From positions 2,081 to 66,080 of the IMG/VR virus record IMGVR_UViG_3300009826_000003: 64,000 nucleotides of DNA. The stretch is one strand, 5' to 3'. Shown here in pieces: positions 53,985-62,153 of this stretch (position 1 is the first letter of the stretch; each line of letters opens with the position of its first letter). The stretch is from a virus. The notes under the pieces were generated by a model. That model worked only from the letters and a program-made list of their open reading frames with translations, had not been told where the DNA came from and did no database searches. Made by a program: the position numbers and the translations under genes.

Positions 53985-54110
53985 CCTCCGCGCGGAAACG
54001 CTGCTGACCTGCGGAAATTCGACCTGCGAAAACCCTTGTGCCACAAGGCCATCAGGACTAATATGTGGCTTAAGGTCCGACCGGCTGAAAAACGAAAAGT
54101 GAGAAATTCG

Positions 54111-54770
54111 ATGGTTTCAGAGAAGTTTTGGACAATTTGGGGATTACCGCTCCCTTTTGGCGCAGAAGAGGAAGAGGAAAAGGAAAAGCCGAAAGATGAA
54201 GCGGGACAACAGAATTCGCCGGATTCGAAACCTCCTGAAAAGAAGGAAGATTCAGACGACGAAGACAATCCATATGCAGGACTCTCCGCTAAGGAACTTC
54301 GCCGTATTATCTCTGATACTGAGCAATCGAAGAAAGACGTTGAGGCAGAACGGGATTCATTCAAAGAAAAGGTAGACGAAGCGGAACGCGCAACAAAGAC
54401 CAAAGAAGAAAATCTCGAAAATGACGTAAAGGCAAGGGACGCAACGATTTCCACGCTCCGCGCAACTAATGCGAAGTTGGCCATCATCAACGGGATTCTG
54501 ATGGAAACGAAGTGGCGTTGGCACAATCCCGAAATCGTTGCGCAGCAACTAGATTCAAAGCTAGTCAAGGTCACTGACGACGGCAAGGTTGATGGGTTGC
54601 AGCGCGAATTAGCAAGGGTCGCAAAGGATCACAGTTATCTCTTGGTAAAGGGGAATTCGAATAACCAAGGGTCAACAGGAATTCAGCCCGGTCAGGGCAG
54701 TAGTCCAAATCAAGGGAAAAGTCCCAAAGATTTGGCGAAAGATTATCCCGCACTACTAGGTCGAATCTAG
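54111..54770 (+). CDS. Capsid scaffolding protein
   Basis: Charged coiled coil upstream of capsid genes. Start moved to ATG 54111. Confidence 0.75.
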   Translation: MVSEKFWTIWGLPLPFGAEEEEEKEKPKDEAGQQNSPDSKPPEKKEDSDDEDNPYAGLSAKELRRIISDTEQSKKDVEAERDSFKEKVDEAERATKTKEENLENDVKARDATISTLRATNAKLAIINGILMETKWRWHNPEIVAQQLDSKLVKVTDDGKVDGLQRELARVAKDHSYLLVKGNSNNQGSTGIQPGQGSSPNQGKSPKDLAKDYPALLGRI

Positions 54771-54799
54771 TTGCGCGGCAACCTGATTGGAAGGGCAGA

Positions 54800-55198
54800 A
54801 TGTCGAGATATGATAAATATGACCCAAAGAGCGGAGGCTTTCGTGCTCCGCTTGCTGGTGACTTCGATCCTGAAGACGTCGAAAAGCTAATTGGCGTTGG
54901 CCTAGACGAAAATGGCCGCGTTGTCAAAGGTGAAGGGAACACTGGAATTAAAGGTGTTCTAGTTTTGACAATGGTTCGTAAAGCCGGTGAAGTAATCGAC
55001 GTAATGACAGATGGTGAAATTGTCGAATTCGAAGGCGAAGATGGCGTGCCAGGAAAAGACCTTGCAAAACCTGGTACCAATTACTTTGTTGATGGAGATG
55101 GCAAAGTCGCTGAAGATGGCGATTTATACGTTGGGGCCACTGTCCAAAATCACAGGCTAGTTGTTCGATTTGGAAGGGCGGTACCTGAAAGTGACTAG
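54800..55198 (+). CDS. Capsid decoration/stabilising protein
   Basis: 132 aa, beta-rich, between scaffold and capsid genes. Confidence 0.6.
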   Translation: MSRYDKYDPKSGGFRAPLAGDFDPEDVEKLIGVGLDENGRVVKGEGNTGIKGVLVLTMVRKAGEVIDVMTDGEIVEFEGEDGVPGKDLAKPGTNYFVDGDGKVAEDGDLYVGATVQNHRLVVRFGRAVPESD

Positions 55199-56426
55199 CA
55201 CTCTTTATCTTCCAGATACCGTTGGTTTATCTGAAGTTAAATTGCCTTTTGGCGCGGAGACTTCGACCACTTACGAACATACAGACGTTAATGCGCAGGG
55301 TTACCATACTGAGGGAGACATTTTATATGTCACCAATGATGGAATTGACATCAACGCTTTGTGGGCGGAAGCTCTTGGCGTGCTTGACGTTTGGAACGCA
55401 GGGAGAGACCGCCTTGTGGCTCTTATGTCTTTCCCTGTTGTCAGAGAAATAGAGACAATTCCGCAGGTTGGCGAAGCGACGTTTGAACTTGCTTCGGAAT
55501 TCGGTGAGCCAGAAGGCGAACGCCTGAAAATCGGGTACTTTAACCTTGGATTCGATTTTAGGGATTATGACCGCGCAACCCGATTTACTTGGAAAGCGTT
55601 GCGGGACATGGACGCTCGCCAGGTTCGCGCTGTGAATGATGCTCTGTTGCAAGCGGATCGCCGTCTGATCTTTAAGCAAGTAATGGCGGCAATATTCGAT
55701 AATCGCGAAAGGCAAACATCCATTCGCGGAAATCCGTATAAGGTTTATTCGCTATACAATGGCGATGACACCGAACCTCCGCCATATTTGGGAACTAGGT
55801 TCTCTGTTCCGCACGATCATTATATGGTTAGCGGAAATGAGCTAATTGATTCGCAGGATTTGGAAGACGCTTACGATAACATTTCGGAGCACGGTTATTC
55901 AATTGACAATGGTACGCAAATTGTCTGCTTGCTTAACCGAAACCAAATCAAGGAAACGCGACGTTTCCGAATGGATAAAGAGAATAACAATGGCGCAATA
56001 GCCAATTATGACTTTATTCCTTCGCGTAATCAGCCTGCTCAATTGCTTGAAACGCCAATGGGTTTGATTGGTTCTCTTCCGCCTGACACTTGGAATGGTC
56101 TTCGCGTTTATGGTTCTTATGGCGACATTCTTTTGATCGAAGAGCCATTTATGCCGGACAAGTATTTCCTTATGTTTGGCACGGGCGGAGTCGAGAATCT
56201 GCAAAATCTTGTTGGTTTGCGCGAGCACGCAAATCCGCAATATCGCGGTCTGAAGATAATTCCTGGCCGCGATCAGCGTTACCCTTTGATAGAGTCTTAC
56301 TACACAAGGGGTTTCGGAACCGGAATTCGACAAAGGGGCGGAGCCGTTGTTATGCAAATTGGCGACGTTTCAGAGTACGAAATTCCAGACCAGTTCGATA
56401 GGGAAAACGGAAAGTTCGTCAGTTAG
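55191..56426 (+). CDS. Major capsid protein
   Basis: ~411 aa, position and HK97-like size. Start moved to GTG 55191. Confidence 0.8.
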   Translation: MTSTLYLPDTVGLSEVKLPFGAETSTTYEHTDVNAQGYHTEGDILYVTNDGIDINALWAEALGVLDVWNAGRDRLVALMSFPVVREIETIPQVGEATFELASEFGEPEGERLKIGYFNLGFDFRDYDRATRFTWKALRDMDARQVRAVNDALLQADRRLIFKQVMAAIFDNRERQTSIRGNPYKVYSLYNGDDTEPPPYLGTRFSVPHDHYMVSGNELIDSQDLEDAYDNISEHGYSIDNGTQIVCLLNRNQIKETRRFRMDKENNNGAIANYDFIPSRNQPAQLLETPMGLIGSLPPDTWNGLRVYGSYGDILLIEEPFMPDKYFLMFGTGGVENLQNLVGLREHANPQYRGLKIIPGRDQRYPLIESYYTRGFGTGIRQRGGAVVMQIGDVSEYEIPDQFDRENGKFVS

Positions 56427-56432
56427 CTTGGG

Positions 56433-56487
56433 GGATAAGGGGTTTCGTATCAGCGTCCAGCAGCGTCTTCCGCGAAATCCCTTATCC
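56433..56487 (+). terminator. Long hairpin after capsid gene (attenuator or stabiliser)
   Basis: GGATAAGGGGTTTCG/CGAAATCCCTTATCC 15-bp stem; no U-tract. Confidence 0.5.
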
Positions 56488-56509
56488 ACCAACAAGATTG
56501 GTGGTAAGC

Positions 56510-56863
56510 ATGGCTAGGGTTATTCCGCTAGACAAACCGCTTTCTGACGAAGACGAAAAGTACCTTCGATCCAGAGGCCGCTTTGCCGACATAGAAAGAA
56601 ATAGGAAAAAGTTCGCAGATGCGAAATCATCGAAATCACAACAGGATTCAAAGAAGGCAGAAGAGAAGCCAGCGCCGAAACCTGAAGGAGCGCAAAAATT
56701 CTCACTAGACCAAGACATCTTCGAAAAGGTCAAAGCATTTACACATGAAGATTTGAATGTGGAATTTGCAAAGGCCGGTCTAGACGCTCCCTCTACCGTT
56801 CGCGAAATGAGAGTTGTTCTGGCACAACATCTTCAGAATGAACGGAATAAGGGGAGTGGATAA
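56510..56863 (+). CDS. Hypothetical head-region protein
   Basis: MARVIPLDKPLSDED... Confidence 0.7.
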   Translation: MARVIPLDKPLSDEDEKYLRSRGRFADIERNRKKFADAKSSKSQQDSKKAEEKPAPKPEGAQKFSLDQDIFEKVKAFTHEDLNVEFAKAGLDAPSTVREMRVVLAQHLQNERNKGSG

Positions 56864-57187
56864 ATGGCTTGGACAGATGCCGCGCGCGCTGCGTCTGCTG
56901 CTGCCAGACGTGCGAAAGCTACTGGTGGCAAACGGCGTTCGACAGGTAAAAGGCGTTCAAAAACACGAAACAAAATGCTTAAACGGAAGCGACCTACTTC
57001 TGGCATTACAATTCCAAAAGGGAAAAATCAACGCAGGCAACGCGGAAGAGCCTTCAAAAAAGTAGGCAGAGGTCAAGCCGGAAGAATGCGTGGATTTGGA
57101 CAAAAGAAAAGCCGCAAAACCAAAAAGCAATCAGAGGTTTATAAAGCTAAGAGAAGGTCACCATTAAAGTATAGAAAGAAACGATAA
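56864..57187 (+). CDS. Basic MAWTDAAR-family protein (protamine-like)
   Basis: 107 aa, extremely Arg/Lys-rich. Confidence 0.85.
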   Translation: MAWTDAARAASAAARRAKATGGKRRSTGKRRSKTRNKMLKRKRPTSGITIPKGKNQRRQRGRAFKKVGRGQAGRMRGFGQKKSRKTKKQSEVYKAKRRSPLKYRKKR

Positions 57188-57609
57188 TGGCGTGGACAGA
57201 TGCAGCTAGAGCCGCCTCCGCAGCAGCACGTCGCGCGAAAGCTACTGGTAGGAAAAGGAATAACCCAAGCTGGCCTAAGAAAAGACGTTCGACAGGTAAA
57301 AAGCGATCAAAACCTAGAAATACACCAGCGGCTAGACGTGGTGAATCAGCTAGGCGAAAGGCTAGCCGTGTCCGTAAAAAGGAAACGTTATCTAGCTCAA
57401 AACGTCAGCGCGGCAGGGGAGTTCGGAGGTCAGGACGTGGTGCTGGTCAGAAACAAGCGGATTATAGGCGTGGAAGTAAAACGCGCGCAGGTAAAAAGGC
57501 TAGTCTAAAAAGAGGGTTAAAAGCAAAGGCAAATCGAAAGAGGTATGCGAGGTCAACAGCAAAGAAATTTAGTAAGGGGAGTTGGGCTAAAAGAGGAAAG
57601 AAACGATAA
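57187..57609 (+). CDS. Basic MAWTDAAR-family protein (protamine-like)
   Basis: 140 aa tandem paralogue; TAATG overlaps. Confidence 0.85.
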   Translation: MAWTDAARAASAAARRAKATGRKRNNPSWPKKRRSTGKKRSKPRNTPAARRGESARRKASRVRKKETLSSSKRQRGRGVRRSGRGAGQKQADYRRGSKTRAGKKASLKRGLKAKANRKRYARSTAKKFSKGSWAKRGKKR

Positions 57610-57938
57610 TGACTTTTCCTATTTATGCAGACAAAGAGGGAATTGTCGGATACCTTCCGGCAGATTCCGATAAACTGTATGGATGGGATGAGGAAAAAAT
57701 TGAAAAAGTGCTAATGGAATATGATGGCTCATTATCGCGAACGATGCAGCGATTTTGGCTTGAAAGATGGGCCAACACACACGAATTCATCAACATTAGC
57801 GAAGCAGGCACCAACCGTGCCTTAGAACAAATCTGGCAACATATTAAGGATATGCTTGCATATTGGGACGATAAGGTCGCGAAAGAGTTTCGCGGAATTA
57901 GGTTCGGTGAAATCGAACGTCCCACAGGAGATTGCTAG
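57609..57938 (+). CDS. Putative head-tail adaptor
   Basis: Position and size. Confidence 0.55.
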   Translation: MTFPIYADKEGIVGYLPADSDKLYGWDEEKIEKVLMEYDGSLSRTMQRFWLERWANTHEFINISEAGTNRALEQIWQHIKDMLAYWDDKVAKEFRGIRFGEIERPTGDC

Positions 57939-57951
57939 AAGGTAAAGCGAA

Positions 57952-58467
57952 ATGACGCGGGTCTGGAAAAGGCGCGGTCTGGATGCTTTGCGCCGCAATA
58001 CAATTTGGTTCATTGATGATTCGCCCTCCACTATTCGCTTGATTCCGCACGTCCAAGTCGATAGGCCAGGCGGAACGCACGAATTGGTTGCCCAAAAGCC
58101 AAGAGCGCCACAGACTTTCAGACTCATTCCAGTTGCGCAGAATTACGATGACGGCATCAATCATCTTGAAGGCGCGGACATCTCGAAATGGTCATATCAT
58201 CTAATTGGCAAGCACAATTGCGAAATGGCCGAAGGTGACACTTGGACCTGGCGCGGAATCCAGTATCGGATTAGATCGCTTTTGCCTGATAACAATTGGG
58301 AAAGACGTGCTCTAGTAACAACTTTCGGCAAAGCTCCGCCCGAAAATATTCCGCCTTGGATTCCGCCTCAAGGTGGATGGCGCGAAAAGCTGAAAGTTGC
58401 TGTGCCAGAAGACATTCCAGTGATAGGCGATGAAGTACCTTTGGTTGGTGAATATAATGAAGGTTGA
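57952..58467 (+). CDS. Putative head-tail stopper
   Basis: Position; MAEGDTWTWRGIQYRI beta pattern. Confidence 0.55.
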   Translation: MTRVWKRRGLDALRRNTIWFIDDSPSTIRLIPHVQVDRPGGTHELVAQKPRAPQTFRLIPVAQNYDDGINHLEGADISKWSYHLIGKHNCEMAEGDTWTWRGIQYRIRSLLPDNNWERRALVTTFGKAPPENIPPWIPPQGGWREKLKVAVPEDIPVIGDEVPLVGEYNEG

Positions 58468-58882
58468 AATCCGTGCTGACACAAGGAATTTGGAGACCAG
58501 ACTGCGCACCTTCGATGAGCGTAATCGTCGCGTGGTAACTGGTGTAATGGCCTATCATCAAGGCATTCTGACTAATCAAATGAAAAAGAATGCTCCGTGG
58601 ACAGATGACTCAGGCGCAGCGCGGAAAGGCTTGCACGCCAGACTAGATCGACCAGGCGCAAATGAATGGAATTTGATTTGTGCTCATGCAGTGAATTACG
58701 GAATTTGGCTTGAAACTAAATGGATGGGAACAGGAGCGCACGGTTTCGGGAAATATGCAGTTGTTTTGCCGACAATTGTTGAATGGTCGCCAGTGATAAT
58801 GAAGCGCATTATTGACAAAATTTGCGATGTTAAAGGTGGCGAAGCTGGCGTTATGAATTGGTCATTTGATTACAATGAGTAG
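58457..58882 (+). CDS. Neck protein (HK97 gp10-like)
   Basis: NAPWTDDSGAARKGL...VNYGIWLE. Confidence 0.65.
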   Translation: MKVEIRADTRNLETRLRTFDERNRRVVTGVMAYHQGILTNQMKKNAPWTDDSGAARKGLHARLDRPGANEWNLICAHAVNYGIWLETKWMGTGAHGFGKYAVVLPTIVEWSPVIMKRIIDKICDVKGGEAGVMNWSFDYNE

Positions 58883-59321
58883 AGCAGCGGTTTTCGAGAG
58901 GTTGGCCAACAATGCTGGCTTGAATTCCCTTGGGCTAGAGCGGAATCGGATATTTCCGAACTGGTCAAACGAAGAGCGGCCTATTCCATCTGGTCCCTTT
59001 CTTATATTGCGTTGGGACACAATGGATGACACACGTTGGCAAACCGTGAAAGAGCCTGTGCGCCTTTACATTTCAGCACATATGCCTATAGAGGTGATGG
59101 ATGACTTCTCTTATATAGATCATATTTTGGACGCTTGCGATTCCGCGCTGCGTCCTATGTGGGATATTGTCGGAGAAGACGGTTATACCGTTTCGCAAAT
59201 TAGGGTCTGTGGTCGCTCTGCGGACGTGAAAGACCAAGGCTTTCAAACGATTACGAAAAATGCTGCGTACCAAGTGCTTTCGCGCAGAACCGAACAGGAA
59301 AGAAAACATGACCGAACATGA
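58875..59321 (+). CDS. Putative tail terminator
   Basis: Position upstream of major tail gene. Confidence 0.55.
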   Translation: MSRAAVFERLANNAGLNSLGLERNRIFPNWSNEERPIPSGPFLILRWDTMDDTRWQTVKEPVRLYISAHMPIEVMDDFSYIDHILDACDSALRPMWDIVGEDGYTVSQIRVCGRSADVKDQGFQTITKNAAYQVLSRRTEQERKHDRT

Positions 59322-59874
59322 GGAATACGATTATTTCGAGGCTCAGCAAGAAGAGCCGAAAGATGAAGCGCCACAACCACTTTCGGAAGATCAGCTAATT
59401 GATGAGGTTAACAGGCTACAGCAGAGATTTAATCCGCCAGACCAAGCCAAGGTTGAATGGGGAAGTGGTGTACCTCGCGCGGAAGATGGTGGTAGACATA
59501 GGATTTCGGACGAAATAGAGACAACGCCAGTTGTCCCGCGCCATGATCCATCAGACCAGGTTGTCGAATTACCGCCTATACCAACACCTTCTGTGCAACC
59601 GCAAATGCCTGGCGTGCAAGAGGTTTTGATGCCTCAAGCAATGGATTTGCAAGAGCAAGACCCGACGGCAAAAGGTCCGTGGATTCAATATAACGGAGTT
59701 GCAACTGTCCGAATTATCACGCCTAGTGATTGGGTCGCGGCAGGAGTCCAGTCACGAAAATACTGCGAATGGAATTATCTAAACGGAAAACGCTTGCCGC
59801 GCAGCATGTTTAACGATGAGGAATTGCAATATCTGTTGCGCGTTGATGGTCGCTTTTCACTGGAAAAAGAATGA
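59308..59874 (+). CDS. Hypothetical protein
   Basis: Acidic/Pro-rich N-terminus; start moved to ATG 59308. Confidence 0.65.
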   Translation: MTEHEEYDYFEAQQEEPKDEAPQPLSEDQLIDEVNRLQQRFNPPDQAKVEWGSGVPRAEDGGRHRISDEIETTPVVPRHDPSDQVVELPPIPTPSVQPQMPGVQEVLMPQAMDLQEQDPTAKGPWIQYNGVATVRIITPSDWVAAGVQSRKYCEWNYLNGKRLPRSMFNDEELQYLLRVDGRFSLEKE

Positions 59875-60152
59875 CAGAAGAGCTTACTTCCACCGGATTT
59901 GTACCGGACAACCAAAGGGTTGATTCGGTGAAATTCCGTTGTGAAGGAGGGATACAGGGCATCGTAAAGAAATACCCAAATGGAAGGGTATTTTTGGAAA
60001 TGCGTTGTATTGATAAGAGATGCGCTGATCGAAATGTCGGAGAAGTGGTTTTTCACTATTTCGACATTGAGACCGGCAAATTGGATCACACTAAGAAATA
60101 CCGTGATCCAAGAAAACCGAAAAGTATGTCAGGACAAGACAAGTCAGAATAG
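59871..60152 (+). CDS. Small Cys-containing protein
   Basis: FRCEGG...RCIDKRC. Confidence 0.65.
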   Translation: MTEELTSTGFVPDNQRVDSVKFRCEGGIQGIVKKYPNGRVFLEMRCIDKRCADRNVGEVVFHYFDIETGKLDHTKKYRDPRKPKSMSGQDKSE

Positions 60153-60186
60153 GCATGTTCACGAAACACGTTGAAAGGCAACGTAA

Positions 60187-61143
60187 ATGAGTACACCTAT
60201 TGTGGTTGGTCCTGGTGGGCCAAGCGGCGGAGGTGGCGTTTTAGGAGCGCCAGCAGTTCTACCTACTCCGCTTCCCTTCGGTATGCGGGATGTCAAAATC
60301 TATCCCTATTTGGACGCGCAAGGAACTATATTGGCGGCCAAGGGATTTGACCTTCCCCATGCGCAAACATTCAGCTTTGCTGACGCGGAGGATTTCGTAG
60401 ACCTCCGTGGTGACGATGAATTGGTGGCCACGCACGGTAATGGAGCACAGGTTAACTGGACTCTTGAAGCCGGTGGTATTGCTCTTGAATGTTGGGCAAT
60501 TTTCACAGGCGGTCAAATCATTGAACAGGGAGTAGCGCCAAACAGAACAATTACTCTCCGTAAATGCTCTGATGACGCGCGACCCTATTTCATGGTTAGC
60601 GGCCAAATCATGTCTGACTCAGGCGGTTCCGTGACTGGTGTTGTTTACCGCGCGAAATGCAACGCGGACATTTCCGGTCAATTCTCAGATGGTGCATTCT
60701 TTATCACCGCTGCGAATGGAATTGGTTTGCCAATTCCCGGTACTAGGTTGCTTTATGACCTTAAGCAATCTGAAGCGCGGACATTCCTGTCACTTAAGCC
60801 GAAGCCAATTCCGCTTATGCCACCGAAAAACTTTGGCACAACGGACATTACAGAGGATTCGGTTTCGGTCATTTGGGAACCTGTCACTGGCGCAACGGGT
60901 TACGTTGTGCAATACAGCGATGATGAAGGTTCAACGTGGCAAACTCAAGACTTCGAAGAGTCTGAGGGTGAAGTCACTGGTTTGACCAAGGGTAAAGCGT
61001 ATATCTTCCAAGTCGCCACCAAAGTTGGCACCGACCAATCTTATTGGAGCGAAACGATTTACGCGACTACTCTTACTGACGAAGAGGAAGAGCCAGGCGG
61101 AGGTACAGAGCCAGAGGAACCGGAGGAACCAGAAGAACCGTAA
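60187..61143 (+). CDS. Major tail protein with C-terminal fibronectin type III domain
   Basis: LPFGMRDVKIYP N-terminus; PPKNF...VSVIWEPV...YVVQY...GLTKGKAYIFQV FN3 pattern. Confidence 0.85.
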   Translation: MSTPIVVGPGGPSGGGGVLGAPAVLPTPLPFGMRDVKIYPYLDAQGTILAAKGFDLPHAQTFSFADAEDFVDLRGDDELVATHGNGAQVNWTLEAGGIALECWAIFTGGQIIEQGVAPNRTITLRKCSDDARPYFMVSGQIMSDSGGSVTGVVYRAKCNADISGQFSDGAFFITAANGIGLPIPGTRLLYDLKQSEARTFLSLKPKPIPLMPPKNFGTTDITEDSVSVIWEPVTGATGYVVQYSDDEGSTWQTQDFEESEGEVTGLTKGKAYIFQVATKVGTDQSYWSETIYATTLTDEEEEPGGGTEPEEPEEPEEP

Positions 61144-61192
61144 ACAGTTGCACCACAACATAATTCACTAGATCAGAGAAAAGAGATCAGAA

Positions 61193-61861
61193 ATGACTCA
61201 GGCAGAAAACGCCTCCGCTGGAATGCCAAAGATGAATCCTGTTGGGTCACAGGAGGTTCCAGCGGAGTTGAAAGCAGCAGTGGCACAAGCGTTTCGGGAA
61301 GAATTTGCAGTTACCGAAGCGTGGAAACCCAGACAACGCATACGATTTCGTTTCACTTGTCCAAGCGGTCAGCCTGTATTGCTACAGCATTTGACCACAA
61401 TGGATTTGCTAGAAGCTGACCTAATCGAAGAAATTGACTTTTTCACGAAACGTCTATTTCCTTCGAATATAGATCAGAATGGCAATCCCGTTGATGAGAA
61501 CAAAGAAGACGAAGATAGCATGGATTCCGTTTGGGGATTGCTAAAGGATGTCAATAAGCGTGCTAGGTTCTTTGCTTTATTGAATAAGATAATGGTGGTT
61601 GGTGTTGTGCGACCGCGCATTCTTGACGATGGCGTAGAAACGTACACCAATAAAGCCGGAAAGCAAATGGTGCGTTTAGGCATGAAAAAGATTGAGCCGC
61701 AAGAGGGCCAAGTCCTTGCTAGCGCAATTGATTTCGCAGATAGAATGGCAATTTTCGCCGAATTGAATAGGCCATTAAACGAAATCAAACCTTTTCGCAA
61801 AGAACAGGTTGCTGGTGTGGCAAATATGGAATCAATGCAAAGCGTTACAGACAAGACCTAG
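61193..61861 (+). CDS. Tail assembly chaperone (gpG-like)
   Basis: Between major tail and TMP genes. Confidence 0.8.
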   Translation: MTQAENASAGMPKMNPVGSQEVPAELKAAVAQAFREEFAVTEAWKPRQRIRFRFTCPSGQPVLLQHLTTMDLLEADLIEEIDFFTKRLFPSNIDQNGNPVDENKEDEDSMDSVWGLLKDVNKRARFFALLNKIMVVGVVRPRILDDGVETYTNKAGKQMVRLGMKKIEPQEGQVLASAIDFADRMAIFAELNRPLNEIKPFRKEQVAGVANMESMQSVTDKT

Positions 61862-62153
61862 CGTGCTGTATGGCGTCCAAAACCCTTTGGCGGCTTTCTA
61901 TTTGGATAGAGGAGTGTATTGGTGGGGTAATTTCGTGGAGTCTAAAATGGATGAAGCAGAGACCACAATTCGAAAGTCAATGCAAAACCGTAAGGGTGTA
62001 GAGACTTTCGTGGCTTCTGCTCGAATCTCCATGTATAACAAGATATTTGGACTCAACCCTAGTGGCGCGTATAGGTCTCCCACCTTGCCTCCTGCCGAAA
62101 GTGCTGATGGCGCAATAGATTTGGCCGCGTTCAATAAGAAGGAAAAGCCGTGA
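61779..62153 (+). CDS. Tail assembly chaperone extension (gpT-like), probably reached by +1 frameshift
   Basis: +1 frame is open 61779-62153; candidate slip site CCT TTT CGC at 61790-61798. Confidence 0.7.
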   Translation, partial: TKSNLFAKNRLLVWQIWNQCKALQTRPSVLYGVQNPLAAFYLDRGVYWWGNFVESKMDEAETTIRKSMQNRKGVETFVASARISMYNKIFGLNPSGAYRSPTLPPAESADGAIDLAAFNKKEKP

